64,000 bases of DNA from a virus: IMG/VR virus record IMGVR_UViG_3300044568_004364, one strand, 5' to 3'. The notes beneath the pieces were generated by a model, which searched no databases, was not told where the DNA came from, and was given only the letters and a program-made list of their open reading frames with translations. Below, piece after piece: positions 55,448 to 64,000 of this stretch. Position numbers and translations under genes: made by a program. The first letter of the stretch is position 1; each line of letters starts with the position of its first letter.

Positions 55448-55490
55448 AATATAGATTCAATATAATACAACAACGTAATTTAAATACGCC

Positions 55491-56261
55491 TTAAGATTTG
55501 ATATTACGTTTTAAAGTATTAATCAATGATGAATCACCTGTAATTATTCCAACAAGTGACAGGAATGTATTCATGATTAGATCCTTTTGAGATGGTGTTA
55601 AAGTTTTGCCATCTTCAAGATTCTTAACAGCAAGAACCAAAGGTTGAATGTTTGTTTCATCTACCAGACCAACAGCTGCAAGCTGTTTAAACTTGGTATA
55701 GTCAACACTTTCATTGGTCATCTTGACATCGCCATATTCATATTCGCCATCATCAATATTAATATCGTATTTCTCGTCAACAGCAGTATATAATTCGTCA
55801 ACCGTTGCATAGATGTTTGAGATAGCCTTTACAATATCGTCATCAATATTTTCTTGATCTGAAATGCAATCATAAATCTCTTCAGTCATTTCTGTAATTT
55901 CATCAAGTAAAGCCAATGCTTCACCTACAGGATCGGTTTCCTCTGCGCCCTCTTTAATGCTGTTGCTGCGCTTTTGTAACTCCTTTACAATATCGTTAAC
56001 TTTTGCATATTTTAATGTACCTTCAATGTCAACCAATGAATATGGTTTGGACGCATTATCGGTAACTGCAACAAAGATGTCAGCATACTTGCCTGCTCTC
56101 ATTGGAAGACCATACAATTCGATAATGTTATCGACATTTGTATAGTAGGTGTTATTCCCAGGTTTAGCTGCTTTAAATCCAAGAGTCTTTAATACGCTCT
56201 TAAGTAATTTAATTTCGACTTCAGATGCCGATTCGTTTAGGATATCATTTAGTTTCTTCAT
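55491..56261 (-). CDS. Hypothetical acidic protein, probable internal head protein
   Basis: MKKLNDILNE start; IKE/TNE sites. Confidence 0.7.
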   Translation of the reverse strand: MKKLNDILNESASEVEIKLLKSVLKTLGFKAAKPGNNTYYTNVDNIIELYGLPMRAGKYADIFVAVTDNASKPYSLVDIEGTLKYAKVNDIVKELQKRSNSIKEGAEETDPVGEALALLDEITEMTEEIYDCISDQENIDDDIVKAISNIYATVDELYTAVDEKYDINIDDGEYEYGDVKMTNESVDYTKFKQLAAVGLVDETNIQPLVLAVKNLEDGKTLTPSQKDLIMNTFLSLVGIITGDSSLINTLKRNIKS

Positions 56262-57268
56262 AGTGATTGAATATATTTATTATAAGTTTCTTTAAGTGTT
56301 ACGATTGACTCCATGTTTGGATTGAGCGATACAAATTCATGAATATGTTCTAGGTCGCAAGAACCTGTTGCAAGTGCAACAATTTTAATCTTACGTGCAG
56401 TCTCTAAGTCAACGGCTTCATCTAACTTATATTCTCCTTTTTTGAGTGTAAGATTAATAACATCGCCTTTTTTGTCGCTCTTTCTATGCTGAACATTAAT
56501 GCGCCCATCAGGAAACTTGTGAAAGATATTAGCTGTTTTTCCATGCAATATATTTCCCGGTGCTGTGATGGTTACAGTACCCATAGAATGAGTACCAGTA
56601 GCTTCATCGAGATTTGCGGATTCAGCATAATATTTTGGATCCAAGAAGTTGATCAAATCTGGGATTTTTGCGTCAACCGTAAATGCATCTGCTTTGTCCA
56701 CTGCCATTGAATATAGTTTTGGATTCATATTATATAAGGTAATCATTATAGATTGTCCTTTACGCAATGCCGGCATTTCCTTTCGCATTTTAGCAGCTGC
56801 ATCAAGCAGTTCTTCAACATCAATTTTTGGAACAGCTTCTTGTAAAGATTCTTCTTTTACAAGTTTACCGGAATTAATGTCATCTTGGTGATCATGGTAA
56901 TATTCACCACTGTATACAACTCCTCCATTTTTTGCAGCATATTCATACGCACCTTTTCTTGTTTTGAAAGGTTTGATTTTTGCTTTGGCGTCCTTATTGT
57001 AAACAACCCATGATTCACCATAAGCTTCTTCCATTTCAAAATATTCGCTGTATTTTTTGTATGCAGCTTTTATTTGATCCGTCGTATGTGAAGGATACAT
57101 CTTTTTGTGTTGAGCTTCAAACTCTTGATATGTTTTTTGTTTCATCTCGGTGTTAAATTGTTGTATGCGTTGCCCTGGGGTGTCCTTTATGTATTTATAT
57201 AATAGGCTAGGTGTACCTTCAAAGCCTGCGCCATATTCTTCATCAAGCTCCAAATTCATGTCCTGCAA
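56258..57268 (-). CDS. Hypothetical modular protein with LxE sites
   Basis: LDEE, LQE, LDE x2; Y...TPGQ motif; internal MKQKTYQEF. Confidence 0.7.
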   Translation of the reverse strand: MQDMNLELDEEYGAGFEGTPSLLYKYIKDTPGQRIQQFNTEMKQKTYQEFEAQHKKMYPSHTTDQIKAAYKKYSEYFEMEEAYGESWVVYNKDAKAKIKPFKTRKGAYEYAAKNGGVVYSGEYYHDHQDDINSGKLVKEESLQEAVPKIDVEELLDAAAKMRKEMPALRKGQSIMITLYNMNPKLYSMAVDKADAFTVDAKIPDLINFLDPKYYAESANLDEATGTHSMGTVTITAPGNILHGKTANIFHKFPDGRINVQHRKSDKKGDVINLTLKKGEYKLDEAVDLETARKIKIVALATGSCDLEHIHEFVSLNPNMESIVTLKETYNKYIQSL

Positions 57269-58226
57269 CTCTTTTCATTTGACGAGTAAATTCATCAAAG
57301 TCTGGTTTCTTTTTATAATATTTAATTGTTCGTGCATCGTCATCTTTACCTTTGATGCGCCAATCATAACCTGCACTTAAACGCTCAGGATCGGTTGTGC
57401 GCACTACACGGCGCTCATAACCATCTTCCCAGCTTTCTTCATAAATAACATCCTGTATAAAAAATTTAGTATGACCTCCAGTTTCAGAAATGCATGTTAT
57501 ATAGTTAGGCCCACGCTCTTTAATTGTATACGATAGCCCATCTTTTTTAGAAATGATTCTTTCGCCAATATTGTATATCTCGCCAGAGATATAACGTTCA
57601 CGTGTTTCACCTAAAGATTGGAATTGTATATGCTTGCGAAAACTATGGCTTTCCTTAAGGCCCATCCCAGTGCGCACTGCATTAAATAACTCTTTAACTT
57701 CCCCAAATGTTTTAGGGCATCCTTCAGCAAATGTCTTTAGGTCATTATTAGCAGCCGCATTACGTTGTACACTTTCATGTAGCGCTGATGGTGCTGGCAC
57801 TATTCGTATACCATCAGAAAATTTATAATAACCATGCACACCGCGTATACCATTATATGCATGCAGCTGTTGTTTAAATTCAACTATATGTTCAGTCCGT
57901 ACTAACATTGTTAGCTTTGTGTAACCCTCATTATAAGCTGATACCGCAACATCTACGGCATCTTTAATATTACAATCACGTATAATATTACGGCCATATT
58001 GTGGAAACATCTTGCGCATATACCGTATTTTATCATCATAGTTTAACGGGTGTTCTTCATACCCTTCAGTTTGAAATGAATATACACGAAGCGTTGCGCT
58101 CTTTTTAGAGTGTACACTTGCAGCATTAAGTAGTGCTTCATCGTGTATTGTTGGTGGATTAAACGAATCATATATCGCAACAAGTTCACGCGTCTTTTCA
58201 GTAATGTATCCTTTAAAGCTCTTCAT
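57243..58226 (-). CDS. Degenerate cytidyltransferase-like protein
   Basis: FNPPTIHD (HIGH-like, G-H lost), HPL.Y..KI.YM.KMFP, LFNAVR.GMG, RERY..G.I; start MKSFKGYITEK. Confidence 0.7.
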   Translation of the reverse strand: MKSFKGYITEKTRELVAIYDSFNPPTIHDEALLNAASVHSKKSATLRVYSFQTEGYEEHPLNYDDKIRYMRKMFPQYGRNIIRDCNIKDAVDVAVSAYNEGYTKLTMLVRTEHIVEFKQQLHAYNGIRGVHGYYKFSDGIRIVPAPSALHESVQRNAAANNDLKTFAEGCPKTFGEVKELFNAVRTGMGLKESHSFRKHIQFQSLGETRERYISGEIYNIGERIISKKDGLSYTIKERGPNYITCISETGGHTKFFIQDVIYEESWEDGYERRVVRTTDPERLSAGYDWRIKGKDDDARTIKYYKKKPDFDEFTRQMKRVAGHEFGA

Positions 58227-58231
58227 TATAA

Positions 58232-58720
58232 TTATTTTTTACGCTGAAAGCGAGCTGCATCTTTTGCGCGAACTTGCGGCAATAGGCGAGCTGCCAAACT
58301 CTTAATGATGGTCTTTTTACGTGCAAGTTGTTTTTCAACACCAGCACGTGCGCCAAAGGAAAGATCTCCTTTATTTTTTCCACCAGTTAGACGCTTTGTA
58401 ATTTCGGCGCGAGCTGCACGCAATGCACGTGCTTTTAATACTACGTTACTTGCACGGCGACGCAACGAGCGCGCACGGCCAATCCTAAGTGCAGACTTGT
58501 TGCGACGAAACGATGCGCGTCTAGCCATACGCTGTGCAGCTGTAAGTACTTCTTTAAGTTCAGGTGTGCTTTCATCAGTTTCAGCACCTTCATCAGCCAT
58601 GAACGGACCTTTCTTACGTTTGCGATATGCATTAATCATTAGGTCTAGCGGATCATAATCGTATGAACCGTCTGTTGGATCAACAGTCATTAGGTCTCGT
58701 AATCTTAGTGGTGTTTTCAT
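58232..58720 (-). CDS. Basic prohead-core-like protein
   Basis: LKEVLT.AQR..R...RRNK...RA.RAAR; Arg-rich after an LKE site. Confidence 0.6.
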   Translation of the reverse strand: MKTPLRLRDLMTVDPTDGSYDYDPLDLMINAYRKRKKGPFMADEGAETDESTPELKEVLTAAQRMARRASFRRNKSALRIGRARSLRRRASNVVLKARALRAARAEITKRLTGGKNKGDLSFGARAGVEKQLARKKTIIKSLAARLLPQVRAKDAARFQRKK

Positions 58721-58742
58721 CGTATAGTATATTTATATATAC

Positions 58743-59210
58743 TTAACCTTTCTTATGGTTTGCCCATAAGTCAGCATCACCAGTTGTTCGTGTTTTACCA
58801 CCAACTATAAAACTATTAACGCGTGCATACGCCCATTGAAATTGTCCTGCTCCCGGGCGATGCCCTGTTTTCCAAGCAGCCATTCCTCGATCAAATACTT
58901 GTTTAAGTATCCCATATGCAATTCCACTTTTTTCAGATTTAGTCTTTAGTCCAGCAAGTTGCGCTTCTTCATCGAGCGTTTGGTATTGATCAAAATCTAC
59001 AGATTCTTTACCATATTTTGCAGCATACGCTTTGGTATATTTGGAAGGAACTGTTTCAGCTGAGGCGTCACCGGGTGCAGGCTTGTATGCCGAAGGATCG
59101 TCATCGTCCTTTGATGCTTGACGATTAAATTGTGCAGCCCGACGTGCGCGTGTGCTCTTTGCAAGACCAGTATAATAGTCTTCATCTAAATATCTTTTAA
59201 AGCTTTTCAT
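58743..59210 (-). CDS. Conserved hypothetical protein with capsid-targeting-like N-terminus
   Basis: MKSFKRYLDE; AYKPAPGD; KSGI.YGILK.V.DRGMAAW.TGHRPG...QWAYARVNSF. Confidence 0.75.
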   Translation of the reverse strand: MKSFKRYLDEDYYTGLAKSTRARRAAQFNRQASKDDDDPSAYKPAPGDASAETVPSKYTKAYAAKYGKESVDFDQYQTLDEEAQLAGLKTKSEKSGIAYGILKQVFDRGMAAWKTGHRPGAGQFQWAYARVNSFIVGGKTRTTGDADLWANHKKG

Positions 59211-59235
59211 ATGTATTGTTTAAATCCTATCATAT

Positions 59236-60288
59236 TTATTTTGCGTATATTCCAGAACCAACCTCTAGATAAAATTTAGCTTCATTTGCTTCTTCACGCA
59301 ATTTTGTTCTTATTTGAAAAATTGCTGCTTTTGTGTTCTTGTCGAGAAAAATCAAATTTGATCCTTTTACTTGTGCTATTAGTTTAACCGATTTTTTGAG
59401 TTTGTTAAAATAGTCTTGCGTGATTTCTTTTACAGCACCGCGTTGTATATCAATTACATCTGCCAAATCATCACCAAATATATTTTTGCCTAAAAAGTTT
59501 AATGCATTGAGCGTAAAACTTGGGCTATTACTATTAAGAAGTATTTTGTCTTTCAAGTCTTCATACATACTTCTAATAAGTGCAAATTTAGCTTTTTGCT
59601 CAACAGGACCAACAAACGACTTTGCGAGTCTAACATATTTTTCTTTTGCATCCCATTTTATATTAAGAGCTTCGGCAATGCCCAACATACCAAAGTATGG
59701 TGAAAGACTTGATACGGTAACCGATTCTGACTTCAACGAAAACGGAATATCACCAGATGTTATCTTTTTATTTCCGTTACGTGTTTGTGCATATATTGTT
59801 AATGTGACATCTCCTTTGATTTTTCCGCCTGAGGATTCTCCAGCAATACCATCAGCAATAACAATAATGTTTATGATATCTGCAGTTTTATTTTTTAAGA
59901 ATGTATTTATGGCAGCATCGGCACGACGGACAAATGCAGAATTTTGAACTGCCTTTATGAGCTGATCTATCTTCCTATCAATGTTTCCAATATCTTTTGA
60001 TGACCTATACAAGACATCATAATCTTTACCAAAAGCACCTTGTATAGATTTTGGTTTTAGTCTCATTTCAAATGAAACGTTAATAAAGTCAGGCATATTT
60101 TTTCCAACCTGACGTTTATTATTGGTCACTACATCATACTTAAATCTTCCTTTTGCAAAAACAGAGGTATCAATCTTAGTGCGAATTTGATTGAGTTTTT
60201 GTTTATCGACTTTTCCATATGCCAAGTACAAACTTAGAGCAATTGTAAAAATGCCTTCAATAACATCGCCTTCATTCAATTTGCCCAT
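59236..60288 (-). CDS. Hypothetical protein, possible PD-(D/E)XK nuclease fold
   Basis: N.GDVIEG...ADG....KGDV...SLK pattern. Confidence 0.5.
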   Translation of the reverse strand: MGKLNEGDVIEGIFTIALSLYLAYGKVDKQKLNQIRTKIDTSVFAKGRFKYDVVTNNKRQVGKNMPDFINVSFEMRLKPKSIQGAFGKDYDVLYRSSKDIGNIDRKIDQLIKAVQNSAFVRRADAAINTFLKNKTADIINIIVIADGIAGESSGGKIKGDVTLTIYAQTRNGNKKITSGDIPFSLKSESVTVSSLSPYFGMLGIAEALNIKWDAKEKYVRLAKSFVGPVEQKAKFALIRSMYEDLKDKILLNSNSPSFTLNALNFLGKNIFGDDLADVIDIQRGAVKEITQDYFNKLKKSVKLIAQVKGSNLIFLDKNTKAAIFQIRTKLREEANEAKFYLEVGSGIYAK

Positions 60289-60300
60289 TGTAATATATAT

Positions 60301-60726
60301 TTATAATTTCATAAACATCTTATATAGCAAGGCTTCCATACGCCGCGCTTCTTTTTCCCACGGGCGTGAATATTCGCATTCTTTACTCTTATAACGTACG
60401 CCATGCCATAGTTCATAATCTCCATGATAGACGAGTTCTTTAAGAGTAAATTGTTTTACGTGTACCAACTCATGAAAGAGCGTAAGTAAGAACTCTTTTG
60501 CGCATTGCACAAGATGTAAGTCAATATAATATGTATGTATATCAGTAGTACTATAGCATAATCCATAAGCGCCTTCCTTCTCTAACAGGTTGTTTGCGCA
60601 CTTAACGGTAAGGTATAGACATCTCTTGCGTGGTAACAATTCTTGTAGAGCAAATGTTATTGCTTTCTTTACTGTCGTTCGCAATTCAGGATCGTGTTTT
60701 AATCCATAGACACGTACTCTTATCAT
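60301..60726 (-). CDS. HEXXH zinc metallopeptidase-like protein
   Basis: TLFHELVHVKQF...PWEKEA. Confidence 0.8.
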   Translation of the reverse strand: MIRVRVYGLKHDPELRTTVKKAITFALQELLPRKRCLYLTVKCANNLLEKEGAYGLCYSTTDIHTYYIDLHLVQCAKEFLLTLFHELVHVKQFTLKELVYHGDYELWHGVRYKSKECEYSRPWEKEARRMEALLYKMFMKL

Positions 60727-60746
60727 ACAATATTAATTATAAACAA

Positions 60747-60778
60747 TTTTGGCGCTACCATTTCTGATAGCGCCAAAA
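60747..60778. terminator. Hairpin terminator
   Basis: ttttggcgcta...tagcgccaaaa. Confidence 0.7.
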
Positions 60779-60800
60779 TGAGTTGGGTTTTTAAAATCTC

Positions 60801-62330
60801 TTATGCGTAATCTTCAATCATACGCGCAAGTTCGCTATCTGGAATTTCAATACCAGCTGCAAGCGCGCCTGCTGACATATTCAATCCACGTGATAACTTA
60901 CGAAGGTTTGCGCTTTGCTTGCTCTTACCTTTGCGAAGTAATTCAACAACATGTAATCTTGATTTTTGGTCCAGTTTCATGCCGTCAGCCAATTCAATGG
61001 TGCCAACAATCTTCTCCATGAAATCATAAATTTCCATTTCGGTTGGATCGATGTTAATAATAAGTGCGCGTGTACGCAGCGCACCATCTGGATCCAATTT
61101 ATCCAAGCTCAAGTTGGAGATAAAGATAATCTTACCAGTAAATTCAAAGTAACGTGGGATTTGACCGTTATCGAGAATTTCTTCGTCTGTAAGATCTCCT
61201 TCAGGATCAACTACGTTTTTGCCCATCTTGTTCCATACGAGCTTACGTACCTTCTTAGTATCGGTTGCCGCTTTAAGAAGGTTACGTGCTTCTTGGTCGC
61301 CCAATGCATCGTCACTATCATCGAAGAATACAACTTCATTCTTATAACGGAACAACAAGCTATATAGTCCAGCAGCACTTGCGCTACCTGTATTCTTGAA
61401 GTAACCGTTACCATCTCTCAATCCAAGGTCGGCAAGAATCTTTTCTGTGGTGTGTGTTTTACCTACGCCGCCTTTACCAGATACAAACAGTGCATTGGAT
61501 GCGCCGTTTACTGTAAATTTAACAAGGCGCTCAAGATCTTGCAATTGCGCTTCAAAGGATAGGCGTGTACGTTGATTTTCAAGCTCGTCAATTTGAGCAT
61601 CTCCTTTATAGCGCTCTATTGAACTACCTTTGGTAATCTTACCTGTTACAATACCAACCTTTTGCAAGATTTCTTCTTTGCCGCTCTTAAGTGCTTTAAG
61701 ATCTTTATTAGAGCCAGCCCAGACATACTTGGTGCCTTGCTTGGTAATAAGATCTGGGTATTTCATTTCAAGCGCATCAAAAATCTTTACGCCTGAACTT
61801 TTAAATGCATTCCAAACTTTACCTTTGCTAAAAGAAGGGTCAACAATCATATCGACAATTTCGTCAAAGATTGTATCAAAGTCGTATTCAGCTGCCTCAT
61901 GCAATACGTTTTCATATAGCGGTACACCATCAGCAATAGTGCTAATAGATCCTAGTGATGGTGTGCCACTGCTAATAATGTCAGCAATCACTGGAAGTGT
62001 TTTTACAAGAGATACAGTTTGATCAAATTCAATGTGAAATGGCGCAGATGAGATACCATCCCAATAGTCAATACTCTCAAGGTTATTTAATCCTGCAGCT
62101 CCACTTTGTTTCCAGTTAAAACGTACGCTAAGTCCTTTACGCACTGCATAGAAACGTAATCCAAAACCAACACCGTTGGAATTTTGATATTGCTCTAGGC
62201 CTGGGTAGCGGAAGAAAACTTTACCAGTCTTCTTTTTAAGATAACGTGAAATAATGAATGCAGCTTTATTAACACCAGAGGTGGATAGCGCTTCGGATAG
62301 GTATTCTTTATAATGATTTAGGCTTGACAT
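60801..62330 (-). CDS. AAA+-type ATPase with an N-terminal extension
   Basis: Walker A GKGGVGKT, Walker B VVFFDDSD, NLLKAA.D, FEFTGKIIFISN, ALRTR; TATAAATA 5 nt upstream. Confidence 0.85.
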   Translation of the reverse strand: MSSLNHYKEYLSEALSTSGVNKAAFIISRYLKKKTGKVFFRYPGLEQYQNSNGVGFGLRFYAVRKGLSVRFNWKQSGAAGLNNLESIDYWDGISSAPFHIEFDQTVSLVKTLPVIADIISSGTPSLGSISTIADGVPLYENVLHEAAEYDFDTIFDEIVDMIVDPSFSKGKVWNAFKSSGVKIFDALEMKYPDLITKQGTKYVWAGSNKDLKALKSGKEEILQKVGIVTGKITKGSSIERYKGDAQIDELENQRTRLSFEAQLQDLERLVKFTVNGASNALFVSGKGGVGKTHTTEKILADLGLRDGNGYFKNTGSASAAGLYSLLFRYKNEVVFFDDSDDALGDQEARNLLKAATDTKKVRKLVWNKMGKNVVDPEGDLTDEEILDNGQIPRYFEFTGKIIFISNLSLDKLDPDGALRTRALIINIDPTEMEIYDFMEKIVGTIELADGMKLDQKSRLHVVELLRKGKSKQSANLRKLSRGLNMSAGALAAGIEIPDSELARMIEDYA

Positions 62331-62360
62331 AAAACTATTTATATAGCATTATTTATAAAA

Positions 62361-62909
62361 TTACACATTTAAGCCACTCACTGCACGAGACTTTCGTCCA
62401 GAACTAAACGGCGTATTGGCCACAGGCGTGTTATCAGGCTCTGTTGAGATGTTTGCCATAGGATCACTAATATCATACAGTCTCATCTTTGGTAAATCAA
62501 TTCCAATAGTAAATCGCTTGTTGGTTGTTGGATCATTGTACCGATTCTTAAGTTGCTTAACCATAATTTGATTCATCTTGTCAAGTTGTTCGGTGCGAAT
62601 AAATGCAAGCATCAAATCGGCTGTTGCAGGTAGTCCAAAACTGTTTTTTGTTAAAATGCCGTTGCAGTAAAATAGGTTATCGCCTGAGGTTGAAATGTCT
62701 GTAGTTTCAACCTCACCAACATCCTCAATAGAAACAATAGGATCATTATAATTTAGGTTAAGATCACTTTTTGTATTCTTATCAATTTTTTCAGTTTCAA
62801 GCGCAATTAACATATCAGTTAATTCAAAAACATCGGTATGTTCGGACACCATACCCTTTGTGATAAGCTCATTTGCTTTAATTAGACAATATTCTTCAAG
62901 CGGTTGCAT
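62361..62909 (-). CDS. gp41: Split-intein C-half (89 aa) fused to the gp41 helicase C-terminal extein (93 aa)
   Basis: IVSIEDVGEVETTDISTSGDNLFYCNGILTKN|SFGLPATADLM...QIMVKQLKNRYNDP...F.IGID..KMRLYD. Confidence 0.9.
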   Translation of the reverse strand: MQPLEEYCLIKANELITKGMVSEHTDVFELTDMLIALETEKIDKNTKSDLNLNYNDPIVSIEDVGEVETTDISTSGDNLFYCNGILTKNSFGLPATADLMLAFIRTEQLDKMNQIMVKQLKNRYNDPTTNKRFTIGIDLPKMRLYDISDPMANISTEPDNTPVANTPFSSGRKSRAVSGLNV

Positions 62910-63957
62910 AGTATTTTTCTTTAATATTTTGTGTTATAGTATTTCTTTTTAATTCAAGATCTTCGTCCGACCATACAATGTATAAATCATGGCCGTACTG
63001 TTTAATAGTATTTTCTTTAATATGGTTATAAGCAAGGTTTTCTTCTTTAGATCCAAAGCCTTTCCACTCAGTTTCAGGACGCGCGTGCCAAAATGCACCA
63101 TTATATTCAATTGTTATTTTTAATGATTGAATCGTAAAATCATAAAAGAAGTTCATGCCATTATAATGATGCGCAAATTCTTTACTTCCGCGAATGCCCC
63201 AAAAGATATCATTTTTATTAACACCTAGTTTTCTAATACTTTTATAAAGCGGGATGAAAAATTTAAGTGATTCCTTTGAGCATTTGCCATTCACTGCAGT
63301 TGTGCCAAACCGTTCAATCAATGTAGCCTTTCGTTTTTCGTGCTGTGCTTTTAATTTAGTCGTACCTATATCAAACCCATATTTTTCAATATAATTTGCA
63401 TATGATAACTCAGATTTTATAGAAATTTGTTTTCTGAGAATTTCCGACTCGTTTAAATCATAGCCTCTAGCAATCCAATATTCAATACAATTGGGTAAAT
63501 ATTCTTTATAACTTAAGCTGTTCAATTTAAATTTATGATGCTTCTTCTTTGAGTTTTTACTTTGCAATTCAGAAACCTGCTTTTTGGCTTCTTCGGCAGA
63601 TAAGCCTTTAGCAATCCAATAAGTAATCGTAAAGCATGAATTAATATTTACCGCTTTGGGCCGCGCCGCGTATGTGGTTTTTAACTTTTTACCTGAGCCT
63701 AAGCCATGTCTAATATCCGCTTTACGATATTGATTATTAGATGAATTGTATTCTGTGAATAATGAAATATATGAATTTTCATTATTCATAAGTATGTCTT
63801 TAAACAATTCATATTTGCGCTTAAGGGACGATGATAGTTTTTTATGACCAATATATTCAGCTATAAATTGAATAAAATATTGTTTTTTATCATCAGGCAA
63901 TTTATTAATTATGTCACGTATGGGTTTTCTCTCTAATGGATCAGTAATAGCTATCAT
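62896..63957 (-). CDS. Free-standing endonuclease (Vsr-like/PD-(D/E)XK) between the gp41 halves
   Basis: YW..KG/RG repeats; SKES..F; FFYDF....I.IEYNG.FWH; Y.VW; own TATAAATA at 63977-63984. Confidence 0.8.
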   Translation of the reverse strand: MIAITDPLERKPIRDIINKLPDDKKQYFIQFIAEYIGHKKLSSSLKRKYELFKDILMNNENSYISLFTEYNSSNNQYRKADIRHGLGSGKKLKTTYAARPKAVNINSCFTITYWIAKGLSAEEAKKQVSELQSKNSKKKHHKFKLNSLSYKEYLPNCIEYWIARGYDLNESEILRKQISIKSELSYANYIEKYGFDIGTTKLKAQHEKRKATLIERFGTTAVNGKCSKESLKFFIPLYKSIRKLGVNKNDIFWGIRGSKEFAHHYNGMNFFYDFTIQSLKITIEYNGAFWHARPETEWKGFGSKEENLAYNHIKENTIKQYGHDLYIVWSDEDLELKRNTITQNIKEKYYATA

Positions 63958-64000
63958 AAAATCTGTAGTATGATATTATTTATAATAATTACATTTTGCC

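Noticed and set aside
1-64000. Stop-codon reassignment
   Set aside because: Conserved genes are full length in the standard code, TAG and TGA end genes at expected positions, and no suppressor tRNA was found.

Overview
A 64-kb segment of a large T4-superfamily (T4-like myovirus) phage genome, AT-rich and mostly minus-strand. 1-23.9 kb: baseplate/tail module (DUF4815-type structural protein running off the left edge, gp8, two tail-fibre-like genes, gp7, gp6, gp25, a gp5 split into two genes, gp27-like, gp53, gp48, gp4, gp2, gp54, gp26/gp51, tape-measure-like gene). 24-36 kb: replication and accessory genes (gp32, gp59, gp33, DEDDh exonuclease, amidase, UvsE, metallophosphoesterase, DinG-like helicase). 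33.8-45.9 kb: about 26 tRNA genes (all amino acids except Asp), a tmRNA and several unannotated structured RNAs. 46-53 kb: ClpP-like protease, exonuclease, RNase H, nrdA/nrdB. 53-62 kb: hypothetical proteins, many with capsid-targeting-like N-termini. Right edge: a fractured gp41 helicase with a split-intein C-half and a free-standing endonuclease. Main observations: (i) an HNH endonuclease cassette that broke tRNA-Arg(ACG) and carries a replacement tRNA-Arg(ACG); (ii) two 43-nt H-type pseudoknots with compensatory base changes, plus other CCA-ended non-tRNA RNAs in the tRNA operon; (iii) a D-arm-less tRNA-Arg(UCU); (iv) a candidate -1 frameshift joining gp26 to gp51; (v) a set of probably virion-packaged, injected enzymes (nucleotidyltransferase, ligase-cytidyltransferase fusion, AAA ATPase); (vi) a gp41 split intein ending Lys-Asn; (vii) widespread leaderless gene starts. 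All calls come from reading motifs by eye; no database searches were run.
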